Part shown: in pieces, positions 28,172 through 37,121 of the stretch
Layout: every line of letters starts with the position of its first letter
Position numbering within the stretch: position 1 is the first letter of the stretch
IMG/VR virus record: IMGVR_UViG_3300020313_000003
Span: 1 to 40,931 of that record
DNA from: a virus
Lineage: Duplodnaviria; Caudoviricetes
Reading direction: 5' to 3' (one strand)
Length of the DNA: 40,931 bases
Position numbers and translations under genes: made by a program
The notes under the pieces: generated by a model
The model's input: the letters and a program-made list of their open reading frames with translations, nothing else
Databases searched by the model: none
Told to the model about the DNA's origin: nothing

Positions 28172-28505
28172 CGTCTCCAAAGTGTCCGTAGTCCTCATCC
28201 GTTCCGAAACCGGCACTCGCGAGCGCATCGGCATCTGCCTCCGCGTCCGAGTTGAACTGGTCGGGCTCATCATCATAGTCCGGGTCAGGGACTTCCGGCT
28301 TGTTAGCCGTGATCCTAATGGCGCCTGGCCTGTCTTCCCAGGGCTCGAGGCCCAGGCCGTTCAGCATCTCAGCAATTCCCTTTTTCGTCAGGTCGAATTC
28401 GATCTCTCGAACCTCGCCCAACCCGCGTTTCCCCATCAACTCCGCCGACCTCTTTGAGGTGACGTAGTGGATGCTATCCTGGTTTCTCACTTCGTATATT
28501 TTCAT
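28164..28505 (-). CDS. Hypothetical protein with acidic C-terminus
   Basis: 113 aa ending DADALASAGFGTDEDYGHFGDDE. Confidence 0.7.
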   Translation of the reverse strand: MKIYEVRNQDSIHYVTSKRSAELMGKRGLGEVREIEFDLTKKGIAEMLNGLGLEPWEDRPGAIRITANKPEVPDPDYDDEPDQFNSDAEADADALASAGFGTDEDYGHFGDDE

Positions 28506-28508
28506 GAC

Positions 28509-28537
28509 AAAAAATCGCCCCCCCTTTCGGAGGGGCG
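28509..28537 (-). terminator. Intrinsic terminator (minus strand)
   Basis: CGCCCCTCC-GAAA-GGGGGGGCG followed by ATTTTTT on the minus strand. Confidence 0.8.
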
Positions 28538-28549
28538 CTGGTTAATTTT

Positions 28550-29038
28550 CTAGTAGGTCAGCTTCTCGCCGTCCGAAATGTGGTCGTCGGCGGTGAAGTC
28601 TTCCCAATCTTCCTTCGACCAGGTCAACGGATCCTCTTCGTAAGGAAAGATCATATCCTCCTCTTCTGGAGGCAGGCCCAGGCTGTTGGTCAGCGTATTG
28701 TAGGACCAGGCAAACCCCTCTAAAACTTCGTTCAGGTCCACCCCGTGAGCGTCAGCATCAGGCGGGGCGACCCGCAACCAGGCCCGGAAGCCAGGGTAGC
28801 TCCTTGTCGGGAAGAGGCGCTTGAAGTCCTCCACCGAGATCTCAACATCGCACAGGGTGTTGCACCCTGTAACGCGGCTGAGAAAAAACCGGGCAGTTTT
28901 TTCCGCGAAATCAAGCAGGACCACGATGTGGCCTCGATTCATTCGCCCGTATGTGGAGGGCGCTTTTCCAGGGACGTTAAGGTCGAATTCCCAAATGGCG
29001 AACGTGTCGCCCCAGCAGGTAGCTTCTTTTTTCTTCAT
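28550..29038 (-). CDS. Hypothetical protein, first gene of the leftward early unit
   Basis: 162-aa ORF with acidic C-terminus, after the divergent intergenic region. Confidence 0.7.
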   Translation of the reverse strand: MKKKEATCWGDTFAIWEFDLNVPGKAPSTYGRMNRGHIVVLLDFAEKTARFFLSRVTGCNTLCDVEISVEDFKRLFPTRSYPGFRAWLRVAPPDADAHGVDLNEVLEGFAWSYNTLTNSLGLPPEEEDMIFPYEEDPLTWSKEDWEDFTADDHISDGEKLTY

Positions 29039-29123
29039 GACGCCGTCAGGTTTATTTTAGGTAGGACGAAAAGTCCACATTAAAGTGAGAAAAAAATAGC
29101 GGAGCCCGGAACCCGCTGATTTA
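29039..29123. promoter_or_regulatory. Divergent promoter region (early-left / middle-right)
   Basis: AT-rich gap between divergent ORFs; TAAAAT on the minus strand near 29054-29059. Confidence 0.45.
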
Positions 29124-29645
29124 GTGGCGCGTGTGCGGTCAAAAAGCAAGAAACGGGCAGCCTGGCTCCAGCGATATGCGCTCGCCAGGGACTCCCAAAA
29201 GCCTGAAGAATGCGCCCGTTGCCAGAAACAAGGCGCTGGCTGGCGTCATTTCGGAGGCACGTTCGAGCCGCATCACATCTCCAGGAGGGACAGCTTGGTT
29301 GCCATGCTTTTGTTTGTCCCTTTGTGCACTATTTGCCATAATTGGGTTGAAAACAACGTCAAGGAGGCCAGGAAAGAAGGCTGGATTCTCAAGATGACTG
29401 ACCAGCGATTACGCTTACTCTGGATTGAAACTCTCCTGGAGGCGGGAGAGAGCGCAAACAGGCGCGTCCAGGTCGAGCCGGGCGAGGGCGGCATATGGGC
29501 TGCCAGGATCGAGGCCCCATCAGAAAAGGATCTCGAGGAGAAATTGCCCAAAGCAACGGGCGCCAGCCTGGAGGTTGCCCTGGTAAATCTGAACCAGGCT
29601 CTTTCCCAGGAAGCTCAATCGCTGGCCAAAGAGGCGTGGTTTTAA
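29124..29645 (+). CDS. HNH-like zinc-binding nuclease, with in-frame C-terminal extension
   Basis: 'CARC...EPHHI.RR......VPLCTICHNWV'; GTG start; second part begins MTDQRL at 29394. Confidence 0.65.
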   Translation: MARVRSKSKKRAAWLQRYALARDSQKPEECARCQKQGAGWRHFGGTFEPHHISRRDSLVAMLLFVPLCTICHNWVENNVKEARKEGWILKMTDQRLRLLWIETLLEAGESANRRVQVEPGEGGIWAARIEAPSEKDLEEKLPKATGASLEVALVNLNQALSQEAQSLAKEAWF

Positions 29646-30016
29646 TGATTATCGGGCTGCCAATACCTGACCGGCGCCTGGGCGGGAACACCAGAGCCCA
29701 CCACATGGTGCTGCACAAGCTCCGAAAAGAGCACAAACTGCTGGCCGCCGCCGCGACCAGGCAAGCCATGCGCCTCCTCGAGGGACAGGACCGCAACTAT
29801 TCCGGCTACAGGCTCGAGTTCTTCTACGCCGTCAAGCGCCGCCGCGATGTGGACAACCTGGTCTTCGCCACGAAGGCATACCTGGACGGGGTCAGCGCCG
29901 CCCTGGGCCAGGACGATTCAGCCTGGGATCTCCTGGGCGCCAGGATCCGCGTAGACAAAGACGTTCACCCCAGAATGGAAATCCAAATGAAAAGAAAACA
30001 TGAGCACACGGTTTGA
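29645..30016 (+). CDS. rusA: RusA-like Holliday junction resolvase
   Basis: 'RRRDVDNL..ATKAYLDG....LGQDDS'; ATG 29645 overlaps the upstream TAA. Confidence 0.8.
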   Translation: MIIGLPIPDRRLGGNTRAHHMVLHKLRKEHKLLAAAATRQAMRLLEGQDRNYSGYRLEFFYAVKRRRDVDNLVFATKAYLDGVSAALGQDDSAWDLLGARIRVDKDVHPRMEIQMKRKHEHTV

Positions 30017-30254
30017 ACTACACCCCGCCGCCCCGGAGCTAGATGAAGAAGCGGTGGTCCTCGAGGGAAAAGAGCTGGACTCAGCGATCCTGGGGTCTAC
30101 AGAAGACGGCAAGCTGATCTACGACTACGATTTACTGGTCGAAGGGTTTGTGGAGCAGGGCATGAGTCACGATGAAGCCAGGGAATGGATTAGCTACAAT
30201 GTCGAACCTCTCATGGGCTATGGCGCCGGCTTCGTAATGTGCTACCGAAAATGA
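30000..30254 (+). CDS. Hypothetical phage protein
   Basis: 'LDSAILG....LIYDYD.LV......MS.DEA.EWI.YN' 84-aa ORF with coupled start and stop. Confidence 0.7.
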   Translation: MSTRFELHPAAPELDEEAVVLEGKELDSAILGSTEDGKLIYDYDLLVEGFVEQGMSHDEAREWISYNVEPLMGYGAGFVMCYRK

Positions 30255-30556
30255 TGACGATGACCTGGATCTTACTTGCGATATCATTGGGGCTCCTGGC
30301 CACTATCTTGATCCTGGCAGCCTTGCAGGATGAGGAGCCCGAGGAGACTCAGATGTTCGACGGTGACTCAATCATACTGGACGAAAAGCACGATGGATTC
30401 GTCCACCAGTGCTGTTCGTGCGGTCTCCGCCATGTGGTTTACGTGCGAAGAACGGATGCCGGCGGGACCAGGGTAACATTCGTTCGCCTCCCGGAAGGAG
30501 AGCTCAAAGGCTTCAAATTCGAAGGAGGGCAGGTTGAAAGATTGAATCAAAACTGA
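30251..30556 (+). CDS. Hypothetical protein with N-terminal TM helix and CCxCxxxH motif
   Basis: WILLAISLGLLATILILAAL; QCCSCGLRH; ATGA overlap. Confidence 0.6.
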   Translation: MMTMTWILLAISLGLLATILILAALQDEEPEETQMFDGDSIILDEKHDGFVHQCCSCGLRHVVYVRRTDAGGTRVTFVRLPEGELKGFKFEGGQVERLNQN

Positions 30557-30569
30557 TAAAAAGAGACAC

Positions 30570-30800
30570 ATGGCTGAAGCAATATTAAAGATAGAGTCGG
30601 AGAAACGACCGTCCCTGGAAGAGGCGCAAAAGGCAGTTGGCGGGTTCGTTGAGCTGGTTACAACCACTCAGGGCCAGCTCCTGGTGAATGAGGAAGGGAT
30701 CCTCGAGGGGCTCCCACACAACGAGAAGGCATCCGAGGTGGCCGGCATTCCAATCTGTGGAAATGCCCTGCTGCTGAAGGACAAGGCGCAATGGGATTAG
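30570..30800 (+). CDS. DUF3846-like small protein
   Basis: 'SLEEAQKAVGGFVELV', 'LVNEEG....LP.N..AS', 'ICGNALL'. Confidence 0.7.
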   Translation: MAEAILKIESEKRPSLEEAQKAVGGFVELVTTTQGQLLVNEEGILEGLPHNEKASEVAGIPICGNALLLKDKAQWD

Positions 30801-31300
30801 AAATCATAGAGGCTCCCCAGGACGCCGCCATTCCGGACGAAGCCTGGCGAGAGAAGTGGGATCTGTCTGTCCCCCAGGCAAGGTTCGTGCGCCTGGTATG
30901 GGGGGGAAACACCGCTACAGGCTCTTACATGATCGCCTACGGATGGCCCGAGACCCAGGACGCCAAGCGCCTTCAGAGCGCCGCCTCGAGCGCCTCCAAG
31001 CTGCTGAGAACTGACAAGGTCAAGAAGGCCCTGTCAGAGCTCCAGGAGCGTGAGGCCAGCGTGGTGGGAATGACCAGGGATGTGAAGCGGGGAGTGCTCT
31101 CCGCCATCGCTATGGGGGAAATCGAGGGCACCAAGCCAGGAGACCGGATCCGAGCCATTGCCCTGGACAACCTGATGACCGGCGACAACCGCCCCATCAT
31201 GGTGCAGGGGGATCTCACCTTCCGCGCCGTCCTGGACAGCCTCCCGGACAAGATTTTGCCAGGGGATTACGACCTGGACGTAACCCCGCCCGAAGAATGA
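30791..31300 (+). CDS. terS: Terminase small subunit
   Basis: 'Q.RFV......G.TAT.SY..AY', 'ASKLLR..KV...L.EL'; upstream of the terL/portal block. Confidence 0.75.
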   Translation: MGLEIIEAPQDAAIPDEAWREKWDLSVPQARFVRLVWGGNTATGSYMIAYGWPETQDAKRLQSAASSASKLLRTDKVKKALSELQEREASVVGMTRDVKRGVLSAIAMGEIEGTKPGDRIRAIALDNLMTGDNRPIMVQGDLTFRAVLDSLPDKILPGDYDLDVTPPEE

Positions 31301-32016
31301 AGCGGGTGATGATCGACCCTGGGCACGGGGGAAGAGACCCAGGCGCCGTGGGGCCAGGGGGGCTCGAGGAAAAATCAGTAGCCCTGGATGTGGCCCAGGC
31401 CCTGTGGGCAAAGATGGTCAAGCACCCTGGCCTGATGCCCAAGCTGACCCGAGACGGGGATGACTATGTAAGCCTGGGAGACCGGGCAGCAGCCTCGAAC
31501 GCATACAAGGCGGACCTGTTCATTTCGATCCACTGCAATGCAAGCGAGAGCCATTTGGGGACCGGATACGAGGTGTGGACAAGTCCTGGGAATACCTCAA
31601 GCGATAGGGCTGCCACCCTGGCGTTTAACCGCTACCAGGCAGCCTTCCCCCACCGCCAGGCCAGGGTCAGCCTGGGTGACGGTGACCCGGACAAGGAGGC
31701 CAGGTTCACGGTTCTCATGAAGACCAGGGGGCCGGCGCTCCTCTTCGAGCTCGAATTCATCGACAATTCAGAGGGGGAAGAGTTCCTGGCCCTTACAAAT
31801 CCAGGGGTATTGGCAGAGCCTCTTTACCAGGGCGCCCTTGATTTCTTCGACCTGGTAGACCCGGTGGAGGAAGGAGAAAAGGAAAAGATCGAAGCCAGCG
31901 TCAATCTGCTGGAAATCCTGGAAATGCTCCAGATGGCGGCCAGCGGCCTGAAATCGGCCTCGCAGCACCTGGACGCCGCCAGGGCGGAGCTGTCAAAAGC
32001 CTGGAGAAATCTGTGA
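31297..32016 (+). CDS. N-acetylmuramoyl-L-alanine amidase (Amidase_3), putative endolysin
   Basis: 'IDPGHGG.DPGAVG', 'EK', 'FISIHCNA', 'LFELEFIDN'. Confidence 0.92.
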   Translation: MKRVMIDPGHGGRDPGAVGPGGLEEKSVALDVAQALWAKMVKHPGLMPKLTRDGDDYVSLGDRAAASNAYKADLFISIHCNASESHLGTGYEVWTSPGNTSSDRAATLAFNRYQAAFPHRQARVSLGDGDPDKEARFTVLMKTRGPALLFELEFIDNSEGEEFLALTNPGVLAEPLYQGALDFFDLVDPVEEGEKEKIEASVNLLEILEMLQMAASGLKSASQHLDAARAELSKAWRNL

Positions 32017-32372
32017 AAGTTGTGCCCAAACAGGTCTCCGTCGCCGGCGTGACCATAAAAGTAGTGCGTCGAGACCTCACGGACATCGAGTGCTACGGGC
32101 AATATGACGACGACAAGAAGCGGATAACGCTATGCACGACGCTTCGAGGGGCCAAATTGTGGGGAACCTTCCGGCATGAACTGCTCCACGCGGCCCTGGC
32201 GGCCTCTGGGGTAGCGTATGGACTCCCCGAGGGCGTCGAAGAGGTATTGGTTCGGGGGCTTGAGAACATCTTCTTTCCCTGCTATGAAAGGCACTTGACC
32301 AGGAAGGTGCGTCAGCAGCTCGCGGTCGAATCACAACCCCCAAAGCATGGATCCGATCTTCACCCTGACTAG
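32013..32372 (+). CDS. Small zincin-like metallopeptidase
   Basis: 'YGQYD.....ITL ... TFRHELLHA ... EE.LV' (HExxH plus downstream Glu). Confidence 0.7.
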   Translation: MKVVPKQVSVAGVTIKVVRRDLTDIECYGQYDDDKKRITLCTTLRGAKLWGTFRHELLHAALAASGVAYGLPEGVEEVLVRGLENIFFPCYERHLTRKVRQQLAVESQPPKHGSDLHPD

Positions 32373-33261
32373 GCGCAACAAAGTCCCGATCATAACATTC
32401 CCCAAGCCAGTCGGAGTCGGCGGGAAAGTTCGGATCCTCCTTCAGTTTGACGAGCATTGGGATAACCCGCACTCTGATCAGGCCATGATCGAGCGCCAAA
32501 TGAAAGACGCTCACAGCCAGGGCCTTCCGATATTTAAGGGAGGCGATACTTTCTGCGCCATGCAGGGCCGTTATGATCGTCGTCGAGCCAGGACCGATAT
32601 CAGGCCAGAGCACGATACACCCTACTACCTGGACGCCCTGGTCAACGGATACGCCAAGTTTGCCTCGCCCTATGCATCGTCCATTGCCTGTATGGGCCGG
32701 GGGAACCATGAACTGTCTATCCTTAAGAACTGCGAAACAGACCTGATCGAAAGGACCGCCGAGCAGCTCCGCCAGGCTGGCGGAAACATCGAGGTCATGG
32801 GAATAGGAGGTTGGCTCATGGTCCAGGTCTACGTCACAAAGACGGTGAAACTGCTATACCGGATCGCCTACCACCACGGACACGGCGGCGGCGGGATAAT
32901 CACAAAGGGAGTCATCCAGGCATCCAGGCGAGCCATGATCTACCCTGACGCCAATGCGGTAATCACCGGGCACGTTCATGAAAACTGGAGGGTCAGTTTC
33001 TGCCGGGACCGATGCACTCCGACTGGCCGGATTTACCAGGACGAGCAAATCCACATATGCAGCCCGACCTACAAGAATGAATACGACCCCTCGAGCAGTG
33101 GCTGGCACAACTTGCGCGGCGGTCCTCCAAAGCCCCTGGGAGGAACTTGGCTAGAGCTGACCACCGCCAGGCTATATGACGGCATGACCAGGAAGAACGC
33201 GACCGACAAGAGCCAGACACCGCTTTACCATCTCATCGCTGATGCTACCCAGGCGAAATGA
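32347..33261 (+). CDS. Calcineurin-like metallophosphoesterase
   Basis: DEH, GGD, GNHE, HHGHG and GHVH motifs in order. Confidence 0.88.
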   Translation: MDPIFTLTRRNKVPIITFPKPVGVGGKVRILLQFDEHWDNPHSDQAMIERQMKDAHSQGLPIFKGGDTFCAMQGRYDRRRARTDIRPEHDTPYYLDALVNGYAKFASPYASSIACMGRGNHELSILKNCETDLIERTAEQLRQAGGNIEVMGIGGWLMVQVYVTKTVKLLYRIAYHHGHGGGGIITKGVIQASRRAMIYPDANAVITGHVHENWRVSFCRDRCTPTGRIYQDEQIHICSPTYKNEYDPSSSGWHNLRGGPPKPLGGTWLELTTARLYDGMTRKNATDKSQTPLYHLIADATQAK

Positions 33262-34934
33262 ATCCTGACCGATTCAGTAAACTAATGGCAAACCCTGGGT
33301 GGAGGCTGCAACACCTCTACGCCATCAAGCCCAAGGACGGCGGGATCACCAAGTTCCATCCCAACCTGGCGCAGCAGACGTTCCTACGCCGGCAGTGGTG
33401 GCGCAATCACATCCTGAAGGCCAGGCAGTTGGGATTCTCCACGCTCCTGGCCATGATGTATCTCGACCGGATGCTGTTCCAACCCAACAGAAGAGCAGCT
33501 ATCGTTGACGCCAGGAAGCCTGACGGGCAGAAGAAAATCGCCAAGATCAAGCTGGCCTACGAGCGCCTGGATGACCCGGACATCCACCCGGACACCTGCC
33601 GCCTGGGCGGCCTGGTGAAGCAATCCGTGCAGCTCGTTACCGACAACAAATCGGAGCTCGAGTTCTCCAATGGCGCCGGCATCTACACTGACACCACCTT
33701 CCGGGGCGACACGCTCCAGGATCTGCACATCTCCGAGCTAGGCAAAATATCAGTGAGGAGGCCAATCGACGCGACCGAGATCGTGTCCGGAGCTATGGAG
33801 GCAGTCCCCCTGGACGGATCAGTCACCATCGAGAGCACCCATGAAGGCGGAAAGATCGGCCTGAACTACCAGCTCATGAAGCGAGCGATGAAGAATGTGG
33901 GCAAATTAACCAGGCTGGACAGCCAGTTCTTCTTCTTCCCCTGGTTTGCGGACCCGGCATATCGCCTGGATGACCCGGACATTCCGATCCGCCAGGAGGT
34001 CATCGACTATTTCGATAGCCTGTCAGACAGCCTGGCCGAAGACGGCATGGTCAAGATGCTGAATTCTATGGGGATCCGGACGCCGGTGACCTTCGACAGA
34101 GCCCAGATGCTTTGGTATGACCGCAAGAGCGAAGCCCAGGGAATGACCATGAGACGAGAATATCCATCCACACCCGACGAAGCGTTCTCCGCTCCTGTCC
34201 AGGGAGCGATCTATGCAGACCTGATCATGAGGGCCAGGGCAGAAGGGCGCGTCAAAGACTTCCCCTGGGAAACCAGGGCGCCCCTGTTCACCTCCTGGGA
34301 TCTAGGCACGGGGGATTCTACTGCGATATGGCTCCTCCAGGTAGTGGGCCGGGAAGTCCTGGTTGTAGACTGGTATGAGAGAAACGGCCTGGGCGCCGAT
34401 CACTTCGCCTCGAAAATCCGCCAATGGGAGAGCGAGTATGACCTGATCTCCTGCCACTTCCTTCCGCATGACGCCAACCAGGATGGCCGGGGAGACATTC
34501 GCACCTACGAGCAGCACCTGCACGACCTGGGGATAAAAGCCACCGAGGTCGTGCCCAGGATCCCGGACGTATGGGTAGGCGTGGATTCTGTCCGGGGGAT
34601 GTTGCCCAGGTGCGTGTTCCATGCGACCAACTGCGACACTCCCTGGGAGAACCAGGGCGTCGAGGAGCCTAGCGGCCTGGCTTGCCTGGAAGCCTACCGG
34701 CGAAAGATCACCGAAACCTCTGACCAGGAACCAGTGGTGCCCCTGCACGACAAGCACTCTCACTCCGCCGATGCGTTCCGGACCTTTGCGGAAGCCCTGG
34801 AGAATGGCCTGGTCAACCGCCATGCAAACATAGGCCCGGCTCAAAAGCCCAGGGCGATCACCGGCGGCGGCGAAATCTCCTCCCAATACCGTTCCAGGCA
34901 GCGCCTCAATGTGGTGAAGCCCAGGATTTTCTAG
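33258..34934 (+). CDS. terL: Terminase large subunit
   Basis: Walker A 'ILKARQLGFST', Walker B 'LHISE', 'IEST', nuclease 'WDLG.GDST', 'HSADAFR'. Confidence 0.95.
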   Translation: MNPDRFSKLMANPGWRLQHLYAIKPKDGGITKFHPNLAQQTFLRRQWWRNHILKARQLGFSTLLAMMYLDRMLFQPNRRAAIVDARKPDGQKKIAKIKLAYERLDDPDIHPDTCRLGGLVKQSVQLVTDNKSELEFSNGAGIYTDTTFRGDTLQDLHISELGKISVRRPIDATEIVSGAMEAVPLDGSVTIESTHEGGKIGLNYQLMKRAMKNVGKLTRLDSQFFFFPWFADPAYRLDDPDIPIRQEVIDYFDSLSDSLAEDGMVKMLNSMGIRTPVTFDRAQMLWYDRKSEAQGMTMRREYPSTPDEAFSAPVQGAIYADLIMRARAEGRVKDFPWETRAPLFTSWDLGTGDSTAIWLLQVVGREVLVVDWYERNGLGADHFASKIRQWESEYDLISCHFLPHDANQDGRGDIRTYEQHLHDLGIKATEVVPRIPDVWVGVDSVRGMLPRCVFHATNCDTPWENQGVEEPSGLACLEAYRRKITETSDQEPVVPLHDKHSHSADAFRTFAEALENGLVNRHANIGPAQKPRAITGGGEISSQYRSRQRLNVVKPRIF

Positions 34935-34937
34935 GCT

Positions 34938-34966
34938 TCCAAAGATCCCCAGGGCGTGGCATAGTT
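34938..34966 (+). promoter_or_regulatory. Possible sigma70-type promoter
   Basis: TTCCAA-17 nt-CATAGT with TG extension, about 10 nt before ATG 34976. Confidence 0.35.
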
Positions 34967-34975
34967 TGCAGCGTT

Positions 34976-35188
34976 ATGAGATTCCTTCAGAACAAAGTGC
35001 GACTGGCCGGCATTTTCCGGACATTTTCAGCCAAGGCTCCCAAGCCACCCAAGGCAGTCCCGGTTGCCAGGAGAAGTGCAGCCGACACCGCGCAAAGCGC
35101 AGCAGCTCAAAGAAGGCGCCCCAGGGGAATGTCCTATGGCGGCACCCTGGTAGCAGGTGACGAAGGGCGCAAATCTCTGCTAGGCTAA
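34976..35188 (+). CDS. Small basic virion protein preceding portal (gp7.3-like), with IFRT leader
   Basis: 'FSAKAPKPP' start after the leader, C-terminal 'KSLLG', coupled to the portal start. Confidence 0.75.
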   Translation: MRFLQNKVRLAGIFRTFSAKAPKPPKAVPVARRSAADTAQSAAAQRRRPRGMSYGGTLVAGDEGRKSLLG

Positions 35189-36864
35189 TGGCGACAAAGA
35201 CCGCTACGGAACGGGCAGTTAGTCTGCTCAAGTTGTGGACGCACATGAAAGATGTGCGGCGTCCGGTGGAGGAGTGGTGGCAGCTCATTGGAGAGCTTGT
35301 CATCCCCAGGAAAAGCTATGTGGGTGAAAGCGATGATGCCCCAGACGCTTCCAGGTTCCGCCGGCTTTACGACACAACAGCGGTAGATGCGTGTGCTACA
35401 GCGGCCAATGGCCATGTCAGCTACATCACGCCAAGCGGCGACCGGTGGTTCTCCTGGGCGGCGCCAGACCATGTCCGATCTGATGAGGTAGACGGGTGGT
35501 ATCGCCGGTGCTCACTCATCGCGGCCAAGGAATTGGCAGCCGGCAACTTCTACACCAACATCCACGAAACATACGAGGACCGGGTAGCGTTCGGCATTGG
35601 CTCCATATCGGTGTGGCCAGGCAAGCGCAACAGTCTGATGTTCCGGAGCCATGAGATTTCGTCCTATGCGATAGGCGAAAACGACGAAGGATACGTTGAC
35701 AAGTGGGGCTGCGAATACGACTGGCCGATATCCAGGATTGTTCAGATGTTCGGGGAAGACGCCGTCGAGGGGAAGATGGCGGAGTCCTGGCACAAATACA
35801 AAAACGAGCACGGCCCTGACACAAAGCACAAGTTCATCCACATTATCAGGCCAAACTACAAGGCAGAGCCTGGCAAAATCGGCACCAAGAATATGCCGTT
35901 CGAGTCGGCCTATGTAGCCCTGGACGGTCCCTACGTTCTATTTGAAACCGGACTGATCGAGTTCCCGGTGTGCTGTTCCCGCTACCTCAAGCACAACGGA
36001 TCCACCGGAGTCTACGGGTTCGGCCCGGCCTGGAGAGCGTTGCCAACCATTTCGCAGCTCAACTTCAACGAGAAGCTGCTGGACCTGGTCGCAGAGAAAT
36101 CTGCTGTTCCGCCTGTCCTGATCCCTGACTACCTGGAAGGAGATGTGGACATGAGAGCCGGCGGCGTGACGACCTTTGCGGCCAATCGCGCCAAGGGGCC
36201 ACACGCAATTCCCCAGGAGTGGCTGACCGGAGGCCGATACGATGTGGGAGTAGACCGGAGCGACCGCAAGCGGGAAGACATCAACAAGGCATTCCATGTG
36301 GACCTGTTCCGTATGTTTGCCGAGCTCGAGAAGAGATCCCAGATGTCCGTGCTCGAGGTCAGCGAAAGAACCTCCGAAAAGCTCATCAACTTCTCCCCGA
36401 CATTTACCAGGTTCACCGCCGACTTCCAGGTGTGCATGAACCGGGTTTTCCGGATCCTGCTTCGCCAGGGGAAGTTCCCGCCACCGCCACCAGGAGCCCT
36501 GGTCCCCGACCAGTTCACCGGCGTCCTGGACGTAGAGAACCCCGAGGTGCTTTACCAGTCCAAGGTAGCCCTGGCGCTACAGTCTCTCCAGAATACCGGC
36601 ATCGACCGGACCATGCAACGCGCCCTGGATTGGGCCACCGCCCTGGGCGACCCGTCTTCCGTAGCGGAGGAGATCAACCTGGGCCGAGCATTGCACACCG
36701 CTGGAAGAAACGAGGGAGTGCCCGAGGATATATTCAATACGCCTGAAGAGAAACAGGCGATCCTCGAGCAGAAACAAGCCCAGGAACAGGCGATGATGGC
36801 GGCTGAACTGGCGAAAAGTCTTCCCAACCAGGGCCAAGCGCCTGGCGGGATGCCTATTGAATGA
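35188..36864 (+). CDS. Portal (head-to-tail connector) protein
   Basis: 'LYDTTA..A....A.G..S..TP....WF', 'YGFGPA..ALP', 'MSVLEV.ER..EK', Gln-rich C-terminus. Confidence 0.93.
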   Translation: MATKTATERAVSLLKLWTHMKDVRRPVEEWWQLIGELVIPRKSYVGESDDAPDASRFRRLYDTTAVDACATAANGHVSYITPSGDRWFSWAAPDHVRSDEVDGWYRRCSLIAAKELAAGNFYTNIHETYEDRVAFGIGSISVWPGKRNSLMFRSHEISSYAIGENDEGYVDKWGCEYDWPISRIVQMFGEDAVEGKMAESWHKYKNEHGPDTKHKFIHIIRPNYKAEPGKIGTKNMPFESAYVALDGPYVLFETGLIEFPVCCSRYLKHNGSTGVYGFGPAWRALPTISQLNFNEKLLDLVAEKSAVPPVLIPDYLEGDVDMRAGGVTTFAANRAKGPHAIPQEWLTGGRYDVGVDRSDRKREDINKAFHVDLFRMFAELEKRSQMSVLEVSERTSEKLINFSPTFTRFTADFQVCMNRVFRILLRQGKFPPPPPGALVPDQFTGVLDVENPEVLYQSKVALALQSLQNTGIDRTMQRALDWATALGDPSSVAEEINLGRALHTAGRNEGVPEDIFNTPEEKQAILEQKQAQEQAMMAAELAKSLPNQGQAPGGMPIE

Positions 36865-37121
36865 GCGCGGACTACGAGGAATTTGCAGTAGCAGCAGACC
36901 GGGTGCTGAGAACATCAGCCGGCAAAGCCTTCCTGGAGGGCCTCGAGAGAGTCTGCGAATACCATTCCCAGGCATTTCAGCCCAAGGATGACTTCAACCC
37001 ATACGCCGCTGCGACCAGGGACGGCGCCAGGGCGGTCATCATCGAGGCCAGGACAGCAGCCGCCAGGGGATCCGAAATCAGGAAACGAGGACCACAACCC
37101 AAGAAAACCAATGATTCATGA
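36861..37121 (+). CDS. Small head-module protein (Bbp19-like)
   Basis: 'T.AGK.FL..LE', 'A.RDGAR.VI..'; immediately after portal. Confidence 0.65.
   Translation: MSADYEEFAVAADRVLRTSAGKAFLEGLERVCEYHSQAFQPKDDFNPYAAATRDGARAVIIEARTAAARGSEIRKRGPQPKKTNDS

Noticed and set aside
35015-35022. TTCCGGAC as a DNA operator at gene starts
   Set aside because: TCCGGA is frequent genome-wide, and the surrounding conservation is synonymous, i.e. at protein level
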